Below are positions 1-12,594 of a stretch of 64,000 bases of DNA, in pieces; the stretch's first letter is position 1; the number at the start of each line of letters is the position of its first letter. Origin of the DNA: Priapulus caudatus (lineage: Eukaryota). The notes under the pieces were generated by a model that had not been told where the DNA came from, did no database searches, and was given only the letters and a program-made list of their open reading frames with translations. The stretch covers positions 708,190 to 772,189 of the forward strand of contig NW_014577092.1 in the NCBI RefSeq assembly GCF_000485595.1. Direction: 5' to 3'. Both the position numbers and the translations under genes were made by a program.

Positions 1-1546
1 CAATACGACCACATTGCGTAAAGTGCACCACACAAAAGATTGCTAAATTGTTAGTAATTATTATGTTGCTATAAGAGATTGTTAGCGTGATGCTCACAAT
101 CTTCTGACGGCGTAATTCGTTTAACCATAAAGACACTACACGATTTAATTCATCCTTGACCGCAAAAGCTTTTAGGATTGGCACACGTTTTATACTCGTT
201 AGTGCGTTGATGTGTGTGTTGATTATAGAGGAGACGCACACAAATCAGCGTCATATAATAGCTGCGCGTAGATTATTTTCGTTTCGGGAAAAAAGACTAG
301 GGCTTGAAAAAACAATTTTTTATCGATTTATCATTATGGTCTCAATTTTTTTCAGTTTTTCCCGGCGACATTTTCTAGGTAGTTTATCTTTAAATTAGCA
401 TGAGTTCCGCGGCATAATTTCTAATTCCGTTGTTAGTGCATGTTCCATCATCAGGCTATGCGTATCTCTGCGAGCGTAACTACAATTAGGCAATGGCCGA
501 GAGAAAAAAATTGGTGCCCATGTTCAATTTCATTTTCAAAGACGGTATGGAACTTGCACGCAATCTGGTCTGTCTACGCTTAGAAAGAGTTTTCAGCTGG
601 GGTTTGTATCAATATACATCAATATATACATATATTTATTAATGATTTGGTTAGGATGACGATAGATAGACCCTTTTCCTCGATTGATAGATATATACCA
701 AATTGCGTGCAAGTTCCGTCTACGAAAATGAACTTATAGAATATATAATGTCAAACGTGTATTTAACAATAAGACATTACAAATTTAAAACTAAATTACC
801 GGAGCCTGAATTAACTAAATTAAAACTAAATTATGTTCATAAGTCAGATCCCAGGTATCGGCGACTCGCGGTCGAGAATGTAAATGCTTTGAACAGCCGA
901 TAGAAAGGTTGATAGAACGTTGAAAAGTTTATCAACTCGTCGACTTTTCGATAGTGTACACCCAGCTTTAACCGCACTGCTTCAGTGCTATCCGGTGTTT
1001 CCCCCAGTGCTTAAACTTGCGCTTACATTTACGTTAAGAAATATGGTGGGATTTCCGTGGAAGCCAGGATTTCAAAAAACAATTTCCGACCAGGCGAATT
1101 TCGTAGTATTTCGATAATTTGACATTGTAATGTTGTACTGTGATGCGTCTGTTCGCTGGGGGTTAGCTCGATGAATGCCCGTTGCACGGTCCTCAAATCA
1201 ATCTATCAGTCCGCAGTGACGGTGTGACGTAAAGTGCCGATGCCTGGCAGATGTGGCTTATATAGCGGCAACGCCTAACCGGATTAGTGAGAGCTAGATT
1301 TTGTCGGAAAACTATTTTGGCGGGAACCAGTAAGCGATGCTGGCGTGCCTCTGTTAGGAGATGCTATCTAATCTGACATTGTCTTAAACGCTAAGCGTCG
1401 CGTAGGCCTCCTTCGTCAAGCCATCTTTTCTCTGGCGCGAGCTGTCAAGTGCGTCCGTCATTGTCTTATCTAATTCTCTTGTCTTGTCTTGTCTTGTCTA
1501 ATTCGATTGTCTTGTCTTGTCAATGTCATCGTCAACTCTAAAACGC

Positions 1547-1688
1547 TAAGCGTTAAGCGTAAGCGTAAGCGTAAGCGTAAGCGTAAGCGTAAGCGTAAGC
1601 GTAAGCGTTAGCGTTAGCGTTAGCGTAAGCGTAAGCGTAAGCGTAAGCGTAAGCGTAAGCGTAAGCGTTAGCGTAAGCGTAAGCGTAA
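1547..1688. repeat. Hexanucleotide tandem array (TAAGCG)n with TTAGCG variants, about 23 units
   Basis: Directly visible. It abuts the truncated 3' end of the Harbinger ORF at 1690 and explains the poly-LT and poly-YA ORFs in the track. Confidence 0.97.
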
Positions 1689-1689
1689 A

Positions 1690-3000
1690 CATACAAACAG
1701 GTGTGGCAGTTCGTGAGTATGGCCCCAACAATGTAATACTTCGCCACAGGCTGAAGAAAGATTTTTAAGTTCTTTTTATAGTCTAGGAAAGCAAATAGAT
1801 TAATCAGTTTTCCAAACATTCACTCAACGCACTCCCTCACAGATGACATGCGTGCATTGAATAGTTCTTGATCAGGTGTCAGGCGAGCACCGCGGTAAGG
1901 TGCTAGGAGTTGCATGGGGCTTCACAGGATATGCAGGATCTCCATATAATCCAAATGGAGTGTAATTTGCTGCTTGTGGCAACCTCACCAGGTTGTCGAG
2001 AAGACCACTCTCATTGAGAAGAGCACAGTCATGTCTGCGTCCTTCCATTGGTTCATACAAGTTTGCAATGAGTCCGTTTGGCAAAACGACAGATTGGAAT
2101 TTAATTGCATGAAGTCGTTTGTGACCATTGTAGCAGACTCGCTGGTTGTGAGTTGGTCTGCAAATGGGCCGCACAGTACCATCAACGAATCCAAAACAGG
2201 TTGTCAGAGGACTTCCACTCATATGGATGGCATCAGCATAGGCTTGAAGATGCTCATGGTCCAACCAGGAGTGATCTAGTGATGACACAAGATGTTCGTA
2301 TCTGCAATAAATGTGGTCAATTGTTTCATTAATCATAACAGACAGAACAGACTTAGGGCGACCAAAAAAACGTTCCAGGTCACTCAGGCGACATGGGTAA
2401 GTAAGTCGGTTCAGCACTGAACAAAGCGCCTCATCTCCTGAACCACTAGATCTGTCCGAGTAGGTGACTGTGCTAGGTATCGCAAGAAGTTGTCGAAGGT
2501 TTGTGATATCGTGGGGAAGAAATCTGAAAATAACAAAATGAAAAAATGATCAATGATAATGGACTGGACAATGGATTCTGAATTTATATACGCCAATGTT
2601 ATATCAACAAGTCTGAGTAAGAGTGAAGAAGAGTAAAAACAGTGAGTTTCTGCACTGAAAAAGGACAACCAACAAAACAGAAAAATGTAGGCCTTGTATT
2701 TGTAAGACACTTTCGCTTGAGTCTTACTATACTAAATAAATTAGTACATGTGTATCCACGAGGGATGTCAGTCTCAGAATTATTTCATTTTTTTGCTTTT
2801 TTCAGAAAAAAACTAACATTTTTCACTCACCTGAAGGAATCTAGTGCTTGATCATCCGTCAAACCGGACAGATCGAATCTTGGCCATGATGGGTCATATG
2901 TGTTCAGCGTACTGAATTCTCCCATACGCTCCAACATCAAAAAATCAATCATTTCCTCGTCGTTTTCTAGTAGAGCTATCTCTAGTATGGAGGCCGCCAT
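1690..3000 (-). pseudogene. PIF/Harbinger (HARBI1-like, DDE_Tnp_4) transposase pseudogene with two exons (3000-2831, 2523-1690) and a 307-bp GT-AG intron
   Basis: ATG at 3000 (aaaATGGCG). Donor AG|GTGAGT at 2830 and acceptor ttattttcag at 2524 splice in frame to give ...DQALDSFRFLPHDI...EALCSVLNRLTYPCRLSDL. Family motifs: FGFVDGTVRPICRP (D), YNGHKRLHAIKFQ, GRRHD, YGDPAYP (D), RECVE[W]MFG (E). Disabled by a frameshift near 1913-1916, a TGA in place of the expected TGG at 1820-1822, and loss of the C-terminal tail after CHTCLY. Confidence 0.92.
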
Positions 3001-3069
3001 TTTGAACGAATGCATGCACCGAAGCGCCATCTAGTCGCTCCACGTAACACCAAGCCGAACAAGAAATCA

Positions 3070-3148
3070 TTGCGAACGCGAACGAATACGTCAACGCGAG
3101 CTCACTCGCGTTCGCGTTCGCGTTTTACGCCGAGCCGAACCTCTCTAC
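3070..3148 (-). mobile_element. Putative 5' terminal/subterminal region of the Harbinger element
   Basis: The minus strand reads TAGAGAGGTTCGGCTCGGCGTAAAACGC(GAACGC)2..., with inverted GCGAAC/GTTCGC repeats, 70-150 bp upstream of the transposase ATG. No intact matching TIR was found at the other end. Confidence 0.4.
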
Positions 3149-3945
3149 TAAGCACTTTCTCCGGGAAACATCACAGCTGGCTAATTTACTGCTTAAGCAG
3201 CACAACGCTAGCAAAAATCTCTGTCGAGAAGAAAATAATTAAAACGGACAGCAGCAGCAGCGCACGCTGCGCCAATATTGTACCTTGCTCGGGAGCCGGG
3301 CAATCATTTGCTTGCTTTGCTCATTATTTTACGATGAAAGTGACCCTGAACTGATACCGTGCTATATTGACGGGTTAGTTTATTGACTTATGTATTTAGT
3401 TTAGTTTAGTTTACATGTATTATTTTGATGTAAAGCGAATCCCAATGATAAGAGAGACACGTGACAGATGTCACCAATTGTGTATTTAAAAGGCGAGACG
3501 AAGCTTGCAAAGCCAGAGAGGCATATTCATAATAACTTGGCGCAATTTCATAACAATGTTGTATATCCAGAAGCTTTGACTACACAGAATCATTGAATCG
3601 TTCGAACTGTTTTTGTCAGAATATTGCTTACCGGTATTGTTTGTTTCTCTGTTACGATTCTATACGGAATTAAGTAAAAAAAGTTATAAAAAGGTAAACT
3701 GAGCCACCCGCTACCCTATAGAGTGTCGGCTGAGAATTAGCCTTGCGTGTATACCATGCTGGTGGGAGGGCGAGTGTAGTGTCATAAAATTATAGCCAAA
3801 CCACACCATTTAAATAGCGATAACGAACACATGTGTTTTTCTCATTGTGATTGATGCAACTTGATGATTCGAGCGAGGAAAGGCCAAGTGAAATTGCGAT
3901 AGAAATGCGAGAGTCGGCACGAATAAACTAATCGCAATATTCGTC

Positions 3946-4611
3946 AACAGAAAGAATAAAGGCCAATTAATCACTAACACTACTTAATTTTAGAAAGCCG
4001 ACGTAGGGAATGATATACAATAGAAGTGCGTGCGTCCGGGCGGGTATGCTCGGATTAGTGCCAGCGTGTGAGCGTGTGCGCGCGCGTGTGCGTGCGTGTG
4101 CGTGCGTGAGAGAGGGAGAGCGAGGGATAGAAGAGAGAGAGAGAGACGAGAGAGAGAGTTGAGAGAGAGAGAGAGAGAGAGAGGAGAGGAGGAGAGAGGA
4201 GGAGGAGATGAGGGTGTCGCGAGCGCCTGGCTGCGCGCGTGTGTGTATGTGTCAGAGAGAGAGATAGAGAACCGCAGGGAGGGTATGTGTTCAGACAAAG
4301 AGGAAGAGAGAGAGAGAGGAGGAGAGAGAGGAGAGAAGAGAGAGAAAAGAGAGAGAGAGAGAGAGGAAGAGCCAGAGAGATAAGACGATCGCCGCGCGGC
4401 GCACGCGCCGGCAGCCGCGCGACGCGGAGGAGGAGGAGAGACNNNNNNNNNNAACAGAAAGAATAAAGGCCAATTAATCACTAACACTACTTAATTTTAG
4501 AAAGCCGACGTAGGGAATGATATACAATAGAAGTGCGTGCGTCCGGGCGGGTATGCTCGGATTAGTGCCAGCGTGTGAGCGTGTGCGCGCGCGTGTGCGT
4601 GCGTGTGCGTG
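3946..4611. repeat. Exact 159-bp duplication (3946-4104 and 4453-4611) on either side of a GA-rich stretch and a 10-N gap (4443-4452)
   Basis: Identical sequence restarts immediately after the gap, as expected from a contig-overlap artefact. Confidence 0.9.
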
Positions 4612-4749
4612 ATTATATGTGCGCGTATGTGCGTACAACCCTATGAACGAGGATCGCCATATCGTATTCGTATTCCGCTTACGTAATTATCCAAGTATAC
4701 CATATAAGTATATATATTATTATATATGTATATTATATAATAATATATA

Positions 4750-7700
4750 ATATATATAACGTCGGAGGTTCGCCCTGATGCGGTAGTAGGGTACGCCGTA
4801 GTTCGGCAAGGGACCTTGGGTGGTAAGTGCTTGGGCGGACAGAAGAATCTGGCGGTTAGGTCAACGCTTGGCGAAGCCCTGCATGGACCGCACGGCGAAG
4901 ATTTATAACTTCGTCACTGGCATCAACCGAACTTACAATACCGTGCTCGCATTCAATCGGCGTTGATGTAACATAGTCTCTAGGATTACACACTAAGTCT
5001 TCCAATGTAGACGCGCAAAAAACGTGCAGCCAGTGCGCCGCTATAGCTGTTGATGCAGTCAGCACTGCAGCCGCGCGTCTGATTGCTTGCTCGGATATAT
5101 CGCCCGAGGTCAGCGCGACAATACGGATCATTGAGAAGTGTGATACGCGATGCTGTGGGCACGCGTGATTAGCAAGGGCAACGTACTCACTTGGTTCGTT
5201 AGGAAGGATTGTGGAGCGTTCTACCTGCCCAGGTAACGCGTAAGCGTGCTTCCTATTGTTCTGCGCTCGCTCGTGTCCCGCGTGCTGCATAATAAAACCA
5301 TATTTCTTCGTTGCGCGGCCGATAACGCCGTGTTCGCGAGCCAGGGGGGGTGATAGCTAGCGGCCTTATCCTAGCTATTGCTACCATTAACGACACCCTG
5401 TTGTTCACATGCACGCTGTTGATAACGGGTATATCGCAGGGCTGCGATAGGCAGGCCGGGGCGGCTGTTTGCCTTGGGGAGGAGACACTGCGGGAGTGGG
5501 AGGGCGACGGGCTCGCGGTGGTGGTGGGTTGGCGCGGGGGGAGGCTCGGGGTGGAGCGGGTGGGCGAGTCTTGGGGCGCGGGGGGCACGTCGGTGGGACG
5601 TTTTCAGGGTTGGGGCGTTACCTTTATTTTAATCGCGATACCAAGAAGACGCGGTTTCGCATTGACCACTGGGTGGCGTACACTTGACTGCAGATTTGAT
5701 CCTACATCAAAACTGCTCCTCGAGCCGCGGCGGCCAGTGACCCTCCGCGGGGTCCATAATCGTGATCTCAGTGTGTACACGCATCCCGCTGGTCCAAATA
5801 CGCGCTGTTGGGGTGTCTCCGAGCCAGTTTGCCCCGCAAATGAAGGGGAGGGGGGGCCAGGACCGGATAACTTCAAAACTTGGGCCCGCGGATAGTTATC
5901 TCGCCGCTCCAAGCTGTGTCTGTACGGCACACACGCGGGGGGGGTGGGAGGTGGCAAGATCCGGTGCTATTATTCGCAATACGCAATAGGCATAAGCAAG
6001 AATATTAGGTACGATAAAAGTGACTCGAACAGTAGGGGCTGGTGGGGGGGCGGTGTCATCTGCCGCTGTCGGTGTGAGTAGCGAGTTGAACTGAGCAGCA
6101 CAGCCAACCCGTGCACTCATTTGATATGTTTTATTTTATTTTTTATTTAGCATAATTAATTTGTGTGTTGTAGGGGTTTTCTCTGCTAATGTCTGTACGC
6201 GGCGGCTACCGATTTTTTGACGCGCGGATTTGGCCCCGAGACTAGAGTTTAAGTTAGGATCAATTTGAAGTCTGTGTCGGGGTGACGTGGGATGATGGGT
6301 ATGGTGATCCTGTGGTGACGTAATTTCTTTGGAATGGATTGATGTGAGTGAGTGCACACGGTTCTCTGATGTCGTGTGTAGGGCGAGCAGGTGTGTGATG
6401 AGTGAGTGAATGTGATCCCACGCACCTGTGAGCATATTGACGTATATCGGATACCCATTGACGCGTGTGCAATCGCCGTCCGCTATCACGTTACAAACTG
6501 GAAATGAAACGTGGCGAATGCCAAGCAATGTTAACAGCCTATCAGCTGTTAATAACGGCGCGGCATAACAACCGGCTTCGTTTGTTATCCAAACATTCGG
6601 ATCCCGACGCGCACTTCATTTCAAAGGTGCAAGCTCACTTTAGTGCCGCGATACCCAAAACAGCGCCATTAATCCCCCTTTCACATCCTCATCTTCCCGG
6701 CTTCTCCCTTCTTCTTTTCTTTACCCGTCTTCCTCTCTCGCCGGCCGCCTCTCTCTCTCTCTCGATTCTCGCTCTCCCCCTCTCTCTCTCTATATATATT
6801 ATATATGGATCACTCTCGTACTTTATCCTTCTTCTCTTTTGTCAACTTTTCCTTCTGTTCTTTCTCTACGAATTCTCCCTCTCTCCCTCGTATCGCCGCT
6901 CTCTCTCCCTTATCGCGCCTCGCTCTCCTCTATTCGCGCTCTCTCTCACTCGCACACATTATCTCACGTACCACTTCTGCTCTCACGCAACAGCGAAGAC
7001 TTTCGCTGCGAAAATTACCAATTAGTTTCAATCGGTTGTAACAGAAGCGAGACGATTGCCATTCGAAACGCGAAGTATTAAAAATAGCCGCAACTTCCAT
7101 CCACGGTTCACGACCAGTTCCTGCGCGAATATCAATGGCTACGGTAATAGCAGGAATTGCACTTAAATGTGTACACGGCTTCTAGCATTCGCGCAGCATG
7201 TTACCAGCCCTAAATCGGCTTTGCGCTGGGCTTCCACCTTTTCGCCGTCAACGGAAACAGAACAACAGAACTCTCTATTGCATCGAGTTGCAGGGTGCTG
7301 CGAAACGCAAAATGAACCAATGCGCTGTATTCGCCAGCGCCTGATCGTGCGCTAGCCCTTAACTGGAAAATTCGTGAACTGTTACTTGCTGAAAAAAAGC
7401 GACTGGAAGAATTCTGTCGATGTCGCCAGGTGAAGTCGCACGATTGTAGTGTATCTACTCTTTGCGATGCCGACGCGACTAGTTCACCGTCTACCCCGAC
7501 ATCAGCTGCTCCCTTGGCGATCGCTGCGACGAGATCGTATGCCCATAATCAACAATCTGCATGCGAATAAAAGAATCAGCATGCAGTCATATCCACAACA
7601 TGCACGACACAACAATCATGCTAAACTACATTTAGTGCGCGATCTGTTGGCGATCGTCGAAAGCGCCGTATGCCACTGCCTGCGCACCAGTCCGTCTCTG

Positions 7701-8970
7701 CGGTCGCCGTCGCAACTAAGCCCTTCCAGTCGCAGTGAATTGCCAGTGCGTCGCGTCGCGTCGCATTCAATCGAACCCCGAGCCTAACAGCCGGCCCTAG
7801 GCCCCCGCACACGGTGGCACCGAGACAATTGTGCTATCTCACATAGTGACACAACCATGGGAGTACCCTTTTGTGTGTGAAACGGAATACTGATGCCTAG
7901 CTATGACGGGTATCGGTGTTTGAATCCGATGGTTTATGAAGCCCATGAATAACGTGTATATCGTCTACGCGCGAACACTCTATAGTGAGTTTTAATGTAG
8001 GTGTGATATTATGCTGTTCAGTCTGCCTACCTGCTGACGCCCCTCTACTGTTGCCAACGCGCTTTAACTATCACGACGCTCCCGACGCTCGTGATGCTTA
8101 TATAAACGAACATACGCCATCACGGCGAACCGCCAACGTTCAGCAACCGCAACATCCTAACCCCTATGACAAGATTATTCGTCACCTGCAAACTAACGAC
8201 GCTTGGTACAAAATGAGACTAACATTTATCATATAATCATTCAATTCATATTCCAAGTTAACGACGAAGTAACTTGTGTAACCTACAGCAGCTGGAACTT
8301 TTTCAACCCATCAAGGCTTTCATCAAACAATGGGCGAGACGAACAGAAAGTAGTTCGGACTTCTAACAATTTTTAAGATTTAAAAACGACGCAATTTTCT
8401 TTCATATCTCTGCGCGACAATCAAAGTGAACAGCTGCCAACGCGTCTCCATTACCCGCTAGCATGAGTAGCCACCTGCGGCCAAGCCTGGGTCATTATTC
8501 ACGCCTCTTCCTTTCCTTACGAAGGATTTCAAGAGATTCTATTAGTAACTGCAAACAATGTAATACAATTCCTATAGAATCTCTTGAAAATCGCTTTCTT
8601 GGGCCCACTGCACGCGACGGAACACACGGACTACCTATTCGATAGCGCTCTAAAATTGAATAGAAAAAACAAATTCACGAAACCAAATTTAGCCAAAGCA
8701 TGCCGTCGCTTAGACAGTTTCTTTCCAAAAGGCTATTCTGAGCGCAAAAAGGCCTGGGGATTTATTTTTCTGGGTACACCCCGCACCGCAATGTGAATTC
8801 ACTCGCTCACGACGCATTACACCACACACATTTGATGATTAGTTCGCCGCCGTCTTCCTTGTAAACCGATCGACTCATGCTTTAGTGCCACATGTTTTTT
8901 TACGCATGCGTTCCCCCTTTACGAAGAAGTGTCACAATGTGGACGGCGTGTACGGAATACAAGCACACAC
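4750..8970 (+). repeat. Copy 1 (indel-rich) of an approximately 4-kb direct duplication
   Basis: Collinear with 12595-16317 from ACGTCGGAGGTTCGCCCT to ACAAGCACACAC, with many extra single bases and G-rich insertions (for example 5480-5610). Confidence 0.93.
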
Positions 8971-8994
8971 GACGACACTCGTGGCAGCCGCAAC

Positions 8995-9059
<65 letters not shown>

Positions 9060-9260
9060 GCACACTCAACACGCTCATACACACACGCGCGACTGCGCAC
9101 ACGCACACGCTCACACACACCACGCACCGGCACACACACACACTCACACACACACACACACACACACACCGCGCGCGCACTACGCAACACACACACACAA
9201 CACACACCGAGGGCGAGGCACAGCACACACGACGACGCTGGCCGCGCGCCACACACATCG
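8995..9260. repeat. (CA)n microsatellite, degenerate
   Basis: Directly visible; source of the poly-HT and poly-CV ORFs. Confidence 0.95.
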
Positions 9261-10094
9261 CAATGCGTGGAAGAGCGTGCGCGGGCGTAGTGTAGACGGG
9301 CGAGACGTTTACATGTCGTGGCCGTGTGTATGTGAGTTGAACCCGGTGCCCGTGGGTAGGCGACGGTGGGTGTGAGTGTAGAGTGCGTACAGTGCGGCTA
9401 TGTGTGTGTGGCGTGATCAGCGTGTGTGTCCGCGGTGCAGGTGCGTGCCGGCGATGCGTCGTGCGACTGTGCGAGATCTGTGGTGCGAGTACGTGGGTTG
9501 ACCCGTGATCCGTCTGAGTGCGTACACCGTGCGAGTGCGATTGTGCGGTGGGCGCGCGCGCTCTGTCGTGCCTGCACGTGGTTGCGTGATGCGGGACCAA
9601 ACAGTTTCGTAACTCTTGCGAAGTAACCACGACCTCCTCTTGGCGCGACTGCACTTTAAATCTGTAGTCTGCAGACAGCAGATCCCTCAGACACCACCGC
9701 GCGTCCGCCCCTGTACTCGAGCGCGCTCTCGAATTCCTGCACCCTGCGTCTGCGGCGCCGGCCACGTCCGCGTCGTTTCCTCCTGTCAACGTTTCTGGCC
9801 GCTTTCCAGCTCCGACAGCCGATCCTCGTATCGGATTAATCCGGGGCGACTGGCAAGACAACTGCCCGTATTTTGCTGCCTGGCGAAGCGGACGCCCTAT
9901 CCGAGGTATTTCCGCGTTCGTTGCTCCCATGCTTCGCTGTGGTCCGTTCTACATCAGCGTCGTCTGGCCGTCCTCCGCTGGAGCGCAATTCAGAATAGAT
10001 CGACGGGCGCCTGAGACAGTTGCATTTAGGCTCCCTCGCGCCTGTTGAGGCCAAACGATCAGGCGAGACAATGTTGTTGAAAAAGATTTAAACG

Positions 10095-10550
10095 CAGGAG
10101 AAAAGAGGATGAAGAGAAGAGAGAGAGAAGATGAGAGGAGGAAATGAGCAGACACACCGGCTCCCGGCACGCGCACCACAGAGTGTGAGATAGAGATTAG
10201 AAGATTTAGGAGAGGACCTGGCGAGCCCAAAGACGCAGAGAGAAAGAGAAAAAAAAGGCAAGGGAGAAAGAGGAGAGAGATCGAGAAGACGAGACGGAGG
10301 AGAGGGGAAAAAAAAAGAAAGAGAGAGAGGAGAGAGACGAGAGAGACGAGATGAGATGAGATGAAAGAGGGGAGAGCGAGGAAGATGAGGAGAGAGAGAG
10401 AGAGAGAGAGACTGAGGAGAGAGAGAAAGGACGAGAAAGAGAGAGAGAGAGAGAGAGAGATCGAGGAGAGAAGAGAGAGACAAGAGAGACCGAGAGAGAA
10501 GAGAGAGGAGAGCTGAGGGAGATGAGAGAGAAGGAGAGGAGACGGGAGAC
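10095..10550. repeat. GA-rich polypurine low-complexity tract
   Basis: Directly visible. Confidence 0.95.
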
Positions 10551-10912
10551 GGATGCAGGTTAGCTCTGAGCGCACATGGATAGCGAGATTCTCCAAAGAC
10601 AAGAGGGGGAAGCAACGAGCCGGCCTGCCGTAATTCGCGCCGGCTGCGTATACCTGGTTATTACAGCGAGAGGGTAGAGAGAAGAATGCGATGGTGAACA
10701 ACGGGCTGTCGATATTGGTAGCCGAAATAGGCTAGCATCAGTAGCTATACCATGGCTCGCGCGAAACGGGCGTGTTACTCACGGCACCGCGGCGCAAACG
10801 AGGATTGGTGTTGTTTACTGCACACGCGGGACACGCGAGGCGATGCACTGAGAACAATTAGGAGAGCGACGCTTACGCGTTTACCTCGGGCACCCGAGGA
10901 GGTGATGTTCGC

Positions 10913-10964
<52 letters not shown>

Positions 10965-11949
10965 GAGAGACTGCCACAATCAACACGATGTTGCTTACGT
11001 TCCAAAGTGAGCGACACATTACGACCGCCATCTGGCGCGCATTGACCGTCAAACAAACCATCCAAAGCATGCGTGCAGGCACCTTGTACGTATCGCCAGC
11101 ACAAGCACACGAATCACGCTCGATGCGAGGCCGCCTGACAATCATCATCATATATCAAGGGTCCAAGAGAAATAGAAATAGAATCTTCTGTGCCTGTCAC
11201 GTTCTCCACTTAAAATCGCCACGTAAAAATGCAGACCGCACATGCCACCCTTATACGGGTATCGAGCGAGTATCGGGCTGAATTAACAGCGCGTTTGCAG
11301 CTGCCTTCATCTGAAAATTGATTAAACCGACAGCAGCATCGTAACGTCAGACGGTATGGCTTCATGAAAGCAGCATTGTAGGCAGCCGTTTCTAATGAAG
11401 AAAGCCAAAGGATAGCCTATTGTAATATTAGTTAATCCGGGCGTTCTCTCATCGCACATCGCACTGACGTGTTCTCGCCGAGTAAAGTCAAGGATAAGTA
11501 ACGTGTATTAATTATTCAGTGAACAACTGAATCGTTGTTCACTCGCTATAACTCAGTGTAGCACTGACCGGTGAGCAGATCTACCTATGAAGTATAGTAA
11601 CGACTACAAAAGCTGGTACAAGTACATGCTAGCTAGTAACGGAAGGAGGCACGGAGGCTAGGAAGAAAGTAGGGAGAAGGTATCGCGAACGGTTGTTTCT
11701 GATGGGTGGGAGGATATCCCTGCGTAAACTGTTGTGTTCTTGCCCCCCCCCCGCGCCCAGTACAAAGACGTCAGCGAGAGGCCGCACAGGTAAAACACGT
11801 GGACGACTTTATAGTGAACGCATCGGTATACCGTACCTCGGTACATATAGAAGCCTGCCAGTACGAATTCTCCTATGCATTCTTCCACCGCAACAATTTA
11901 CAGGCCTTCCGCGACAGCTCGGTGGTACAGACGTTAGAAGTCGTCTTTT

Positions 11950-12165
11950 CAAAACAGAACAGAAAAGAACAGAACAGAACAAAAAACAGAACAAAACAGA
12001 ACAAAACAGGGCATACTAAAAGAGAAGAGAAGAGAACATGAGAGAAAAGAGAAAAGAAGCGAAAAGAAGAGAACATAATAGAACAGAATGGAACAGAACA
12101 GACAAGAACAGCTCAGAAAACAGAACTGAACATAAATAATCAGAACAGAACAGAACAGAACAGAA
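11950..12165. repeat. (GAACA)n/(GAAAA)n pentanucleotide microsatellite
   Basis: Directly visible. Confidence 0.92.
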
Positions 12166-12594
12166 GCGCTTTCGCTACTTCTTTCGTTCACTGGGTACTT
12201 TTCTCGCGCGTTCATCGTTGTTTTCCGCCGGCAGTGGCACTAGTACTACAGCATTGCTGCGTGAACACGATACATGTGTCCACTACACGTGACTTGAAAC
12301 AGTTAACCGTGATGATCAGCGACTACCGCCAAATGAGAACGGCGCAGTGTGCTCAAGGCGTAATCATTGCAATTGAGAAACTCAGAAAGTCGATCAATCG
12401 AAGAACGTAACAAGAGCCGCAGAGCGTCTGGGCTCATCTGAGGTCTGTTGCTACGATTATAAACGTAAAATTTCAGTCGTGCGTAGTACCACATTTGTTA
12501 GGCGCAGATATGCAGACACGCAGTTGCGTACACATCATTGTTAGGACACGCCCACTATCGCAGATGGAGGGTAGGGGGAGGGTGGGATATATAT

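Noticed and set aside
1547..1688. Interstitial telomere or telomere healing (TTAGCG resembles TTAGGG)
   Set aside because: Most units are TAAGCG, no TTAGGG is present, and the TTAGCG strand points toward the broken ORF rather than away from it. A transposon subterminal repeat is the simpler explanation.
5253..6120. GC-rich ORFs of 74-181 aa
   Set aside because: They depend on G-rich insertions absent from the cleaner duplicate (about 13070-13690), and no domain is recognisable.
10999..11082. Small minus-strand exon candidate ending in a GTAAGC donor
   Set aside because: The acceptor is weak and the peptide shows no similarity to the expected next ADCY exon (ILFADI.GFT).
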